Below are positions 26,401 to 38,921 of a stretch of DNA of 64,000 nt, piece by piece. Position 1 is the stretch's first letter, and the number at the start of each line of letters is the position of its first letter. Source of the stretch: Octopus bimaculoides (taxonomy: Eukaryota). The notes beneath the pieces are model-generated. The model worked only from the letters and a program-made list of their open reading frames with translations, searched no databases and was not told the DNA's origin. Where the stretch lies: assembly GCF_001194135.2 (NCBI RefSeq), contig NC_068988.1:60612677-60676676 (forward strand), written 5' to 3'. The translations under genes were made by a program, and so were the position numbers.

Positions 26401-27468
26401 CTTCCAGTTTCGTGTACGAAATCCACTCGCAATTTTTTCGTCGGTTCGGGCTATAGTAGAAGACACTGGCTCAAGGTTTTATGCAGTGGGACTGAAACCA
26501 AGAACACATGGTTAAGAAGTTAGCATCTTTACCAGAGAGCTACGCCTACGCATGCCCATAAAATTAGCCACTCTGATATTCCTTTTGAAGTTAGTATAAA
26601 AACTGCAGAATGTAGCGATACTGTAAACTTTAAAAATACATAAGACTAACTCTCGAAATGATCTTACTGTTAAATTAATTAACCCACTCTGAAAATTTTC
26701 TACTGATGATTAAGAACAAACTCGAGAATATGACTAGTAATAAGATATAACATAGCGTTTAAAAAATTATAAATATAAATGATGAGCAAGGCATTTAAGA
26801 TTACAGACAAAGAGAAATACAAAAAATATCAAAAGGTAATCTTTATTTCTTACTTAATATGGATGCCTTGTTAGAACACTGAATAGTGCATTATTAGCCT
26901 GGAGAGGTCCTCTCATATGGGCATTTAGTGCATAAAAGCACAAACGTATCGAAGCAGACGGGATTCGTCTGCCACAGGCACCGGAATTCCTATATTACGT
27001 GATCTCCGTTTATTGGACCTCCTCAGTGGAGAGCACGGTCACTCATGCGAGTAGAATCTCACTGCTACGATATATAGCATTTCAGAATATTTTCAGACGA
27101 TGATATTGCAAATAGCCAGCAGGATAATAAAGAATTAGTTATTAGCGGTGGAAGTAGCATTAATACCAAAAGGTAATCTTTATATACCTAATCTAACAAA
27201 GATACTTTACTTTCACGGGATTCGAAGAGTGAAGTTTCCAAAACCGTCTTCAACAATTACCTTTCCAATACACCATCAACGCTTCTGAAAAGACAAGGTT
27301 TATTTCCACAGCGAAGCTAAATGTATGCTAATTATATGCACGCATGCAAATGTATTTACAACGCTTCTCTACATACACATACGAGTTTCGCTAGCGAATG
27401 TACTGATAAGCAAATGAATAAAACCAGTACGTGTAGCTCATATTTTTTTTCATGATTGACTATTGATT

Positions 27469-27526
<58 letters not shown>

Positions 27527-27803
27527 TTTCTCTACCCCTCGCTCTCTCTTCCACTATCTCTCTCTGCTGTAGTGTGAACTAAGTAGACACTCCTGATGAA
27601 CCGCTAATGACTGGGTGAAACCGTTTGTGTTGTACCGCGGAGGTATCATTCTATAGAGTTCAGTTTCAGAAAGTTTCCTGTGGTTTGACCTTCGGATCAA
27701 GATCTATTTGTATAGTGATGCTAAACTAATGATGCATTTTTATATAGCATGCACGTTTAAATTTAACTATAACTTATCCCAAAACACGTTGTTTTAGTAC
27801 TTT

Positions 27804-27867
<64 letters not shown>

Positions 27868-28369
27868 NNNNNNNNNNNNNNNNNNNNNNNNNNNNNNNNN
27901 NNNNNNNNNNNNNNNNNNNNNNNNNNNNNNNNNNNNNNNNNNNNNNNNNNNNNNNNNNNNNNNNNNNNNNNNNNNNNNNNNNNNNNNNNNNNNNNNNNNN
28001 NNNNNNNNNNNNNNNNNNNNNNNNNNNNNNNNNNNNNNNNNNNNNNNNNNNNNNNNNNNNNNNNNNNNNNNNNNNNNNNNNNNNNNNNNNNNNNNNNNNN
28101 NNNNNNNNNNNNNNNNNNNNNNNNNNNNNNNNNNNNNNNNNNNNNNNNNNNNNNNNNNNNNNNNNNNNNNNNNNNNNNNNNNNNNNNNNNNNNNNNNNNN
28201 NNNNNNNNTCGCAGGCCCCTACCAGAAGCCCGCCTTTTTCAGGCTTTGGGTTGCTGAACGGTGAGATACAGGAAGTCCAAGATGCCTACCTAAAGACAGG
28301 TTGATATTGGTCAAGGCGGGTCACATGATGTCAAAGAATATCAATCGCTCAGTTACTTTAGAAAGGTAT

Positions 28370-28402
28370 GTATCTACCTACCTACATACATACATACATA
28401 CA

Positions 28403-28447
<45 letters not shown>

Positions 28448-28452
28448 GTCTG

Positions 28453-28496
<44 letters not shown>

Positions 28497-28810
28497 CCTC
28501 TTTCAACATATCTGACCATATGATTATTTGCGAAGCAATTCCGCTAGTCTCTCTGCAAGCAAGTCCATCTGCCTAATGTCTGTGTCTTTCTCTCTGTTTC
28601 CTGGTCACTCCCTCCGCACTCTTTCTCCGCAGGCTAGCTTTCAATATTCCACCAAACCGTCTATCAATAAATCTAGCCAAGCATTCATTCACCCATACGC
28701 AACCCCAAGACCAACCAATCAAGAAACCAACCAACCAACCAACCAACCAACCAACCAACCAACCAACCAACCAACCAGCCGACAGTCCAACAAGCCAGCC
28801 AGCCAGCCAG
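28370..28810. repeat. (TACA)n, (TATC)n and (AACC)n tetranucleotide tracts, representative of dozens of microsatellites in the window
   Basis: Directly visible; similar tracts flank nearly every N gap. Confidence 0.95.
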
Positions 28811-29187
28811 CCGGCCAACCGACCCACCGACCCACCTGCCAACTACCCAAACCAACAACCACCCATCCATCCACCTGTACGACGTCTGACTGTACAGACC
28901 ATAATTACATCCACACATGCAGTCATATAAACATCATTAAGTATTTTGCACATATTTAAGTTGCTGTCCATGACTAATGATGTTAAAAGTCTCTGCTACG
29001 TCTGAAGAAACGAATTTAGCCTAGATACTTCATGCTGTGATTTTGACTTCTTGTACATCTAATACTTCCATACTTTCAGTGAACATTAGACTATTTAACA
29101 CATTTATACACACACGTACACACACATACACACACGCATACGCACGCATATACAGACAGGTTGTATATATTTATAATTATATAATTA

Positions 29188-29255
<68 letters not shown>

Positions 29256-29269
29256 ATATATTATATACA

Positions 29270-29321
<52 letters not shown>

Positions 29322-31024
29322 CACATATATACATACACTGATATATACATATACACTCACTCATAGAAAGGTACATAAATAACTATATCTGCACAAGTGC
29401 ACACATGTGTAGACCCGCACACGCACGCACGTACGCATGTAGATACATATGCATATATATATGTATGTGTGTGTGTGTGTGTGTGTGTATAGATATATAT
29501 GTGCATGCGTATATTTATAAATAAATACATACAAATATATATATACAAATATATATACACTCATATATATACACACACATATGCATACATAAATATATAC
29601 ATACATAATACATGTATACATACATGCTCGTGTGCTAGCACTTACACACGTATATTCCTTATATATATATATATANNNNNNNNNNNNNNNNNNNNNNNNN
29701 NNNNNNNNNNNNNNNNNNNNNNNNNNNNNNNNNNNNNNNNNNNNNNNNNNNNNNNNNNNNNNNNNNNNNNNNNNNNNNNNNNNNNNNNNNNNNNNNNNNN
29801 NNNNNNNNNNNNNNNNNNNNNNNNNNNNNNNNNNNNNNNNNNNNNNNNNNNNNNNNNNNNNNNNNNNNNNNNNNNNNNNNNNNNNNNNNNNNNNNNNNNN
29901 NNNNNNNNNNNNNNNNNNNNNNNNNNNNNNNNNNNNNNNNNNNNNNNNNNNNNNNNNNNNNNNNNNNNNNNNNNNNNNNNNNNNNNNNNNNNNNNNNNNN
30001 NNNNNNNNNNNNNNNNNNNNNNNNNNNNNNNNNNNNNNNNNNNNNNNNNNNNNNNNNNNNNNNNNNNNNNNNNNNNNNNNNNNNNNNNNNNNNNNNNNNN
30101 NNNNNNNNNNNNNNNNNNNNNNNNNNNNNNNNNNNNNNNNNNNNNNNNNNNNNNNNNNNNNNNNNNNNNNNNNNNNNNNNNNNNNNNNNNNNNNNNNNNN
30201 NNNNNNNNNNNNNNNNNNNNNNNNNNNNNNNNNNNNNNNNNNNNNNNNNNNNNNNNNNNNNNNNNNNNNNNNNNNNNNNNNNNNNNNNNNNNNNNNNNNN
30301 NNNNNNNNNNNNNNNNNNNNNNNNNNNNNNNNNNNNNNNNNNNNNNNNNNNNNNNNNNNNNNNNNNNNNNNNNNNNNNNNNNNNNNNNNNNNNNNNNNNN
30401 NNNNNNNNNNNNNNNNNNNNNNNNNNNNNNNNNNNNNNNNNNNNNNNNNNNNNNNNNNNNNNNNNNNNNNNNNNNNNNNNNNNNNNNNNNNNNNNNNNNN
30501 NNNNNNNNNNNNNNNNNNNNNNNNNNNNNNNNNNNNNNNNNNNNNNNNNNNNNNNNNNNNNNNNNNNNNNNNNNNNNNNNNNNNNNNNNNNNNNNNNNNN
30601 NNNNNNNNNNNNNNNNNNNNNNNNNNNNNNNNACACACACACACACACACACACACACATACGACGGGATTCTCTCAGTTTCTGTCAACCAAATCCACTC
30701 ACAAAGCTATGGTTGGCTCGTGGCTATAGTAGAAGACACTTGCCCAAGGTGCCACGCAGTGAGACAGAACCCGGAACCATATGGATGGTAAGCAAGCTTC
30801 TTACCACACAGCCACTCTTAGTTTTTGTTTTCGTTTGTTTCCGTGAGTGGAATACGGTCATACTGGAGCAGTGAAATACAGAGTACTGGCGATTACATTG
30901 GTTTTAGTACTTAGTTTACCGACTGGTAGCAATTGTTTTATCGATCTCTGATTGATGGCAGACAAAGTGCATTTGGTCTCACAACAGAATGCATTGTATT
31001 CGGATTGTGTATGTAGATCAGGTG

Positions 31025-31305
31025 AAGCCGCATGGCTAAGTGGTCAGAGCGTCCGGCTCACAATCATGAGGTAGTGAGTTCGATTCCCAGACCAGGCTGT
31101 GCTGTGTTATTGAGCAAGGCACTTTATTTCACATTGTTCCAGTTCACTCAGCTGTATCAGCCTTTGTCTTTCCCTTGGATAACATCGGTGGCGTGGAGAG
31201 GGGAGGCTTGTATGCATGGGTGAATGCTGGTCTTCCATCAACAACCTTGCTCGGACTTGTGCATCGGAGGGTACTTTCTAGATGTATCCTATGGTCATTC
31301 ATGTA
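31025..31305 (+). mobile_element. SINE family D (ggcgcatggctcagtggttagagcg head)
   Basis: A/B boxes and a tail shared with the minus copies at 36442, 56221 and 63754. Confidence 0.8.
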
Positions 31306-31329
31306 GATGAGGTGACTAAGATTTCGGGA

Positions 31330-32690
31330 CTGAGTTTTAGTCTAAGAGATAACATATTTGGTTCTTATTTCTTTTTACATCAGTCTCTCTGTATTTTCGG
31401 GCGTATGGAAGCTGTCAAAAAAAAAAAAAAGGGATGAGCGGGGTTCCTTTGAAATATGAAGTAGCTTTGTAGAGTGTTCTATGTCAAGATAATTTCTGAT
31501 TCGCGGTTCCTAAGTTTCCAGACGGATTAGAACAAGGAAATGGAGTTTGTCCTTGATATGGACGAGTGTATATGCTGAGGATATTGGTATAAAATTTTGG
31601 CACAAGGCCAGCAATTTCGGGGAAGAAGATAAGTAGATTACATCGACCCCAGTGTTCAGCTANNNNNNNNNNNNNNNNNNNNNNNNNNNNNNNNNNNNNN
31701 NNNNNNNNNNNNNNNNNNNNNNNNNNNNNNNNNNNNNNNNNNNNNNNNNNNNNNNNNNNNNNNNNNNNNNNNNNNNNNNNNNNNNNNNNNNNNAGCAATT
31801 TCGGGGAAGAAGATAAGTAGATTACATCGACCCCAGTGTTCAGCTAGTGCTTATTTTATCGACCCTGAAAGGATGAAAGACAAAGTTAATATCGGTGAGA
31901 TTTAAACTCGGAGCATAAAGACAGACGAAATGCCGCTAAGCATTTGCCCAGCGCACTAACGATTCTGCCAGCCCACCGCTTTGGATGCTGGCATTTCAAT
32001 GTATTTGTGGTTGACCATTTCCCTTATCGATCAGCAGTGTTATAACTACTCTGTATGTTACTGCTTTGGAGACGTGAGATCCTTTAAGCTGGCTTTTGAG
32101 GTGAAGACTAGTTGTATGTTTCATTTGTTGTGTGTGGTCTGGGAAGTGATGTTTTCCAGGCAGTTATTAGTGACTTTAACGTTCATGATGTTGAGAAACT
32201 TGTAATATCCTGTGTAGAGATAGAAAGTTCCCAACTAAATTGGGATGGCTTATATTAATATATGGTGGATTAAACTAGATTATCTCAGATTAATTCCTCT
32301 TTCTGGGTTTGACTCTGGTACGTGGTGTCCATAGCATACTAGGTTTTCACTAAAGCTGCTTCTAGCTAGTTCGTTTGTACAATTAGGGATAGATTTCTCG
32401 ACGGATATCTCTACCTCAGGTAGATTACGGATTCGCTTACTCATTTCCACTGCAAGCTTTCTAATTATGGTTGGAAGTGACTGGATTTGTGTGTTAGTAT
32501 ATCGTATTCTCTTTTTAGCTGTCTGTAAACATCTTCCTTGTGTTTAAATCTAGATTCATATCTGAAATGTTACTACTGGACAGACCATTGATAGATTTTG
32601 AATGGCTCTTATCGGAATGTCGTTATATAGCGTCACCTTGGTCCCGTAGACTGTGAAACTGCAAGTTTTCTCAAACTGAAAAATTTCAGA
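31330..32690 (-). mobile_element. Decayed Penelope-like element (RT thumb, linker, GIY-YIG), interrupted by a family B SINE and a gap
   Basis: Minus-strand peptides PTIIRKLAVEMSKRIRNL, GYYKFLNIMNVKVTNNCLENITSQTTHNK, HKYIEM and SVWKLRN. Confidence 0.8.
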
Positions 32691-32710
32691 TATGAATACT
32701 GTATGCAATA

Positions 32711-32766
<56 letters not shown>

Positions 32767-33714
32767 NNNNNNNNNNNNNNNNNNNNNNNNNNNNNNNNNN
32801 NNNNNNNNNNNNNNNNNNNNNNNNNNNNNNNNNNNNNNNNNNNNNNNNNNNNNNNNNNNNNNNNNNNNNNNNNNNNNNNNNNNNNNNNNNNNNNNNNNNN
32901 NNNNNNNNNNNNNNNNNNNNNNNNNNNNNNNNNNNNNNNNNNNNNNNNNNNNNNNNNNNNNNNNNNNNNNNNNNNNNNNNNNNNNNNNNNNNNNNNNNNN
33001 NNNNNNNNNNNNNNNNNNNNNNNNNNNNNNNNNNNNNNNNNNNNNNNNNNNNNNNNNNNNNNNNNNNNNNNNNNNNNNNNNNNNNNNNNNNNNNNNNNNN
33101 NNNNNNNNNNNNNNNNNNNNNNNNNNNNNNNNNNNNNNNNNNNNNNNNNNNNNNNNNNNNNNNNNNNNNNNNNNNNNNNNNNNNNNNNNNNNNNNNNNNN
33201 NNNNNNNNNNNNNNNNNNNNNNNNNNNNNNNNNNNNNNNNNNNNNNNNNNNNNNNNNNNNNNNNNNNNNNNNNNNNNNNNNNNNNNNNNNNNNNNNNNNN
33301 NNNNNNNNNTATATATACATATATATTACATATATCATGGAATCTCCCATCGCTAGACGACGTATGAGGGTTCGGCAATTTCTTGCCGAACAACCGCACA
33401 GATGGTTTGTTTATAGTGATCAAATGTTTGTGTTCAAATAAGCTCACTCCCTCCATCAAATCGACATTACCTGCACAGGTGAACCGTCTGCCACATGTCA
33501 GATGACGAAATGATCGCAGAGCAACGTGAAATGAAGTACTTTGCTCAAGAACACAACGCAAAGCCTGGTTTGGGAATCGAAACTATAATCTCGCAATCGT
33601 GAGTACAGCACCCTAACCATCAACCCATGCGATTTCACACACACACACACACATATATATATATGTATGTGTATATATATATATATGGGGGGGGGTATGT
33701 GTATGTGTGTGTGA

Positions 33715-33748
<34 letters not shown>

Positions 33749-33749
<1 letters not shown>

Positions 33750-34130
33750 GAGGCGCAATGGCCCAGTGGTTAGGGCGGCGGATTCGCGGTCGTAGGATGG
33801 CGGTTTCGATTCCCGGACCGGGCGTTGTGAGTGTTTATTGAGCGAAAACTCCTAAAGTTCCACAAGGCTCCAGCAGGGGATGGTGGCGAACCCTGTTGTA
33901 CTCTTTCACGACAACTTTCTCTCACTCTTTCTTCCTGTTTCTGTTGCACCTGTGTTTCAAAGGGCCAGCTTTGTCACACTCTGTGTTACGCTGAATTTCC
34001 CCGAAAACTACGTTAAGGGTACACGTGTCTGTGGAGTGCTCAGCCATTTGTACGTTAATTTCACGAGCAGTCTGTTCCGTTGATCGTATCAACTGGAACC
34101 CTCGTCGTCGTAACCGACGGAGTGCCAACC
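33749..34130 (+). mobile_element. SINE family C, full length
   Basis: A box TGGCCCAGTGG, B box GGTTTCGATTCC; body matches 12269-12560. Confidence 0.85.
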
Positions 34131-34173
34131 AAGATATATATATATATATGCGTGTGTGTGTTCCTGTGTGTAT

Positions 34174-34213
<40 letters not shown>

Positions 34214-34642
34214 CATACATACATACATACATACATACATACATACATAGAGAGAGCGAGAAAGAGCGTCTCAGAAGGAAATGACGAGAGAACGTGCGAG
34301 TAAGCGAGAGCAACAGAAATATATAAAGCTGTATAACTAGATAAACTACCTAAATGTATAAGATATACAAGTGTAGTGATGCAGATGTTCGCAGTGGGGT
34401 GCTGCAAGTATCAGTTTTGAACTCCCCATTGTTTATTATGTCAGTGATAGCTGATACTAGCTTGGTGAGAGCAAACTTTTAAAATTCTGCAGATGACAAG
34501 CAAGATACGGAGACGTCAAGAAACTGCTTTCTGTCTGTTTGTCTGTCTGTCTTTATTACCGCCTCAGACTGTTTGTAAACATGTTTCCACTCTTTCCTTG
34601 CATCAGTACACACACACACACACATGTATGTGTGTATGTGTG

Positions 34643-34675
<33 letters not shown>

Positions 34676-34676
34676 T

Positions 34677-34708
<32 letters not shown>

Positions 34709-35542
34709 CATAGATATACATATAATGTTATGCATATATATATATTTATATATATATATANNNNNNNNNNNNNNNNNNNNNNNNNNNNNNNNNNNNNNNN
34801 NNNNNNNNNNNNNNNNNNNNNNNNNNNNNNNNNNNNNNNNNNNNNNNNNNNNNNNNNNNNNNNNNNNNNNNNNNNNNNNNNNNNNNNNNNNNNNNNNNNN
34901 NNNNNNNNNNNNNNNNNNNNNNNNNNNNNNNNNNNNNNNNNNNNNNNNNNNNNNNNNNNNNNNNNNNNNNNNNNNNNNNNNNNNNNNNNNNNNNNNNNNN
35001 NNNNNNNNNNNNNNNNNNNNNNNNNNNNNNNNNNNNNNNNNNNNNNNNNNNNNNNNNNNNNNNNNNNNNNNNNNNNNNNNNNNNNNNNNNNNNNNNNNNN
35101 NNNNNNNNNNNNNNNNNNNNNNNNNNNNNNNNNNNNNNNNNNNNNNNNNNNNNNNNNNNNNNNNNNNNNNNNNNNNNNNNNNNNNNNNNNNNNNNNNNNN
35201 NNNNNNNNNNNNNNNNNNNNNNNNNNNNNNNNNNNNNNNNNNNNNNNNNNNNNNNNNNNNNNNNNNNNNNNNNNNNNNNNNNNNNNNNNNNNNNNNNNNN
35301 NNNNNNNNNNNNNNNNNNNNNNNNNNNNNNNNNNNNNNNNNNNNNNNNNNNNNNNNNNNNNNNNNNNNNNNNNNNNNNNNNNNNNNNNNNNNNNNNNNNN
35401 NNNNNNNNNNNNNNNNNNNNNNNNNNNNNNNNNNNNNNNNNNNNNNNNNNNNNNNNNNNNNNNNNNNNNNNNNNNNNNNNNNNNNNNNNNNNNNNNNNNN
35501 NNNNNNNNNNNNNNNNNNNNNNNNNNNNNNNNNATATATATG

Positions 35543-35589
<47 letters not shown>

Positions 35590-36441
35590 GTTTGTATGTA
35601 TGTCCCGAACAGGAGGAGACAGACATGTACTGATTATATTGGATGATAAACTCAATAATAAATTATCTCAAATCAATACGGAGTTTATCATCTGTTAAAA
35701 TATCAATAGGTCTGATCACTCATTGATAAATATGTCTGATCGCTTAACGTCAAGACATCGGTTAATTATCGAAGCAACGCATGATATCAAGTCTCAAAAA
35801 TCACGAGGCAAAACGCCATTCTCATTGCTTTGTGATCCCTGGATATCTATCTTAAATTTGAAACTTCATATAAAGAATCATCCAGTTTCTTTATTGGCGC
35901 ACCTTAAAGAAAGTAACCAGTCAGCCATATTTGTTCACATTTACGTTCTGCTTTGTGCCACATCGTAATTATTGTATAGTACAAAAAGATTAGTGTCGTT
36001 ATTTTGTGATTTCTTAAAGTACAGTAATTTCTTTTAATTAATTTCAGTACTCTTGTTATCCCATTATGTCAAGTACTCATAAGCGCATTCATTGGATACC
36101 AAACTAAAGAATATGAAAAAAAGTAGAAGTAACACGAAAAACAGTGTTTCCGCAGAATTCTTAGGGCTTCTGCTGTCAACTTTAAAAGACCATAATGAAT
36201 CAATCTGCCAAAATAAAATTTGCAATGCAAAATTCAAGTGAGCGTAACATTTCTAAACTACAAGGTATACGCAGTAAAGTCCTGGAAAAAAAAATATTTG
36301 GATGTGGAATATGTGCCAAGAGGCGTTAAATTTATTTAATAAGTTGAAGCATGAAGCAGTTGAAGTTCGTGCGTTTGTCGCTTTGCGTCGACGGTTTGAA
36401 AAAGTTGAAGAAACGATCTAATCACTATAGCATTAACATTA

Positions 36442-36705
36442 AAGGGTAAAGGCCTCTTTCAGTCATGAATGGCCATGGGATTGCACCTCGAAAGTTGCCC
36501 TCCGAGGCACAAGTCCGGGCAAGGTTGTTTACGGGAAAGGCAAAGGCCAATATAGCTTGGCACCAGTGACGCCGTAACTAATTTCTACAGCCGAGTGTAC
36601 TGGAGCAACGTGTAATAAAGTGTCTTGCAACTCGGTCCGGGAATCGAACTCACTACCTCATGATTGTGAGTTGGACACTCTAAACACTGGGCCATGCACC
36701 TTCAC
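36442..36705 (-). mobile_element. SINE family D with 13-bp TSD
   Basis: TSD agcattaacatta at 36429-36441 and 36706-36718. Confidence 0.85.
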
Positions 36706-37169
36706 AGCATTAACATTACATAGCGTACGTTAATCTATATTAAAAAACAAAACAAAACAAAACAAAACATTTGTTGGATATTTGCTTCCTTCAGTTGCGC
36801 GGAAAATTCCAGTGTAAGCAAGATACAAACCGCGTTAATTTTTCAGGTGTTCCGCCGAAGTCGACTTTGCCTTTCATCTTTCGGGGTTGATAAATTAAGT
36901 ACCAGTTGCGTACTGAGGTTGATCTAATCGATTGGCCCCTTCCCCCAAAAGTTCGGGGCCTGTGCCTAGAGTAGAAAAGAATATTACAGGTGTTGATATC
37001 TTGCTTACACTGGAATTTCCCGCTCAATTAAAGGAAATAAATATTCACCTAATTTTTGTTTTTAAGTATAGATTAACGTATGCTACGCTGGAAACGTTTA
37101 GTCACAAAACAGCTTTTGGTAGGTGTAAAAGAGGCACAGGCAAAAAGGGCACAAGAGTGTTCGAACCAG

Positions 37170-37390
37170 ATGAAATTGGTGACTTAACACTTAAACCATT
37201 GCTTGTTTATTATTCTAGGAGTCATAAAAGTTGTCCTCAAGTGTAAGTCTGTCTATTATATGGAAATAAATCTGAGAAGTATGGGTTACGCATGATTTGT
37301 TCACTGAATAGCTCGTTGAACAGTTCAATCTTGCTGTTGAACGTTACTGTAAGAAGAAGAATATCGAGTTCACGGCACTTCTGCTAGGTA
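37170..37390 (+). mobile_element. pogo/Tigger DDE transposase remnant
   Basis: GDLTLKPLLVYYS ... VWVTHDLFTE*LVEQFNLAVERYCKKKNIEFTALLL resembles the Tigger DDE_1 region. Confidence 0.7.
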
Positions 37391-37762
37391 ACAACTCTTT
37401 ACTCTTTTGCCTGTTTCAGTCATTTTGCTACGGCCATGCTGGAGCGCCGCCTTTAGTCGAGCAAATCGACACCAGGACTTATTCTTTGTAAGCCTAGTAC
37501 TTATTCTGTCGGTCTGTTTGGCCGAACCGCTAAGTCACGGGGACGTAAACACACCAGCATCAGTTGTCAAGTGATGTTGGGGGGAGAAACACAGACACAC
37601 AAACATATACACACACATACATACATATATATATGTACCAAAATTCGAAAAGTTATTTTGACCAGTTAATGATTCTCTCACCCACTCAATCTCGCAAATT
37701 CCTTGTGAAAATATACATACACATGAACACACCACGGCAACCATAATCTATAAGTACACGCT

Positions 37763-37813
<51 letters not shown>

Positions 37814-38315
37814 ACATAAAATATAGCTCGCCAAGTGGCGTGGCTTGTGTGTGTAACGCCCGAGGCAGTCCTTGAATTTGACGTTACTAGCTCCCTATTG
37901 AGGCTCATACAGCAGACCTGAAAGTGCTTCTCGGCATAAAAATGTCGCTCGAGGTGGACTATCCCTATGCCCCCCACTTAGCTACTCTTCTCAGCTAGCC
38001 GTCACAAGCGAGTGAGTATGGTTTGGTAGTTTATGCCATGCTTTCGATAATTGTTTTCGACCCTATGCAGCCCCGAGCAGATACAGTCACCCTCAGAACC
38101 ACCTCATACTTGACTCAGCTGCACTTCTATGATGTGACAGCTGGGTGAGAGAGACAGAGAGAGGGCTGCATCAATACTCATTACAACTGGGTCGACTGGA
38201 GCTACGTTAAACGAAAAGCCTTGCTCAAGGGTACAACTCGTTGCCCGATCTAGAATCGAATCCACGACCTCACAATCATAAATCGAATACCCTATACTAA
38301 CCATTTGGTCACGCG

Positions 38316-38357
<42 letters not shown>

Positions 38358-38850
38358 TGTATGAAAGGAAGATGATGAGTAGCGAGAAATCATAAATGGA
38401 AAAATGAGAGAAATTCAGTAAAAAAAATCAGAAGAAATTACAAAATGTCAAACACCCTGTGTGTGTGCGTGTGCATGGGCGTCTGCGTGTGTATGTGTGT
38501 GTCGATGTGAAAGAGAGAGAGAAAGAGGTGGGAAGGAGGGATGGAGATAATTTATATACAGACTATCTGTTGCCGATTAACTCAACGGGATTAAATGAGA
38601 TAAATATGAAAAAAAAAGGGGATAATTCATAAATTATATTTTTTTACGTTGACAGCTAATCTTCTTAATTCTTTCCCCTTATTTTAAGCGGATTAAACGG
38701 GGCAGTACACACGACTGTGTAACTAGATTTTAACTATCATCACAAAGTTTGTTGGTTGTTTATTGCTTTTTTTAAAAAAAAATTCTTCTTGAGATTAAAT
38801 CAATATGAACTTCTCTCTCTCCCTCTTATTTTCTTCTCTCTCTCTCTCTC

Positions 38851-38921
<71 letters not shown>

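Noticed and set aside
31612-31844. Identical ~51-nt sequence on both sides of the gap at 31663-31793
   Set aside because: Typical unmerged contig overlap inside a SINE; an assembly artefact.
33370-33391. Short hairpins (33370-33391, about 23500-23527, about 26954-26972)
   Set aside because: Stems of 7-11 bp are too short for pre-miRNAs and are expected by chance or inside repeats.
36156-36410. Exon-like piece (EFLGLLLSTLKDHN...) and short ORF FNKLKHEAVEVRAF...
   Set aside because: Weak splice sites, phase incompatible with the 45078 exon, and no recognisable family.
37310-37385. Apparent 76-nt exon LVEQFNLAVERYCKKKNIEFTALLL
   Set aside because: It is part of the pogo/Tigger transposase remnant.
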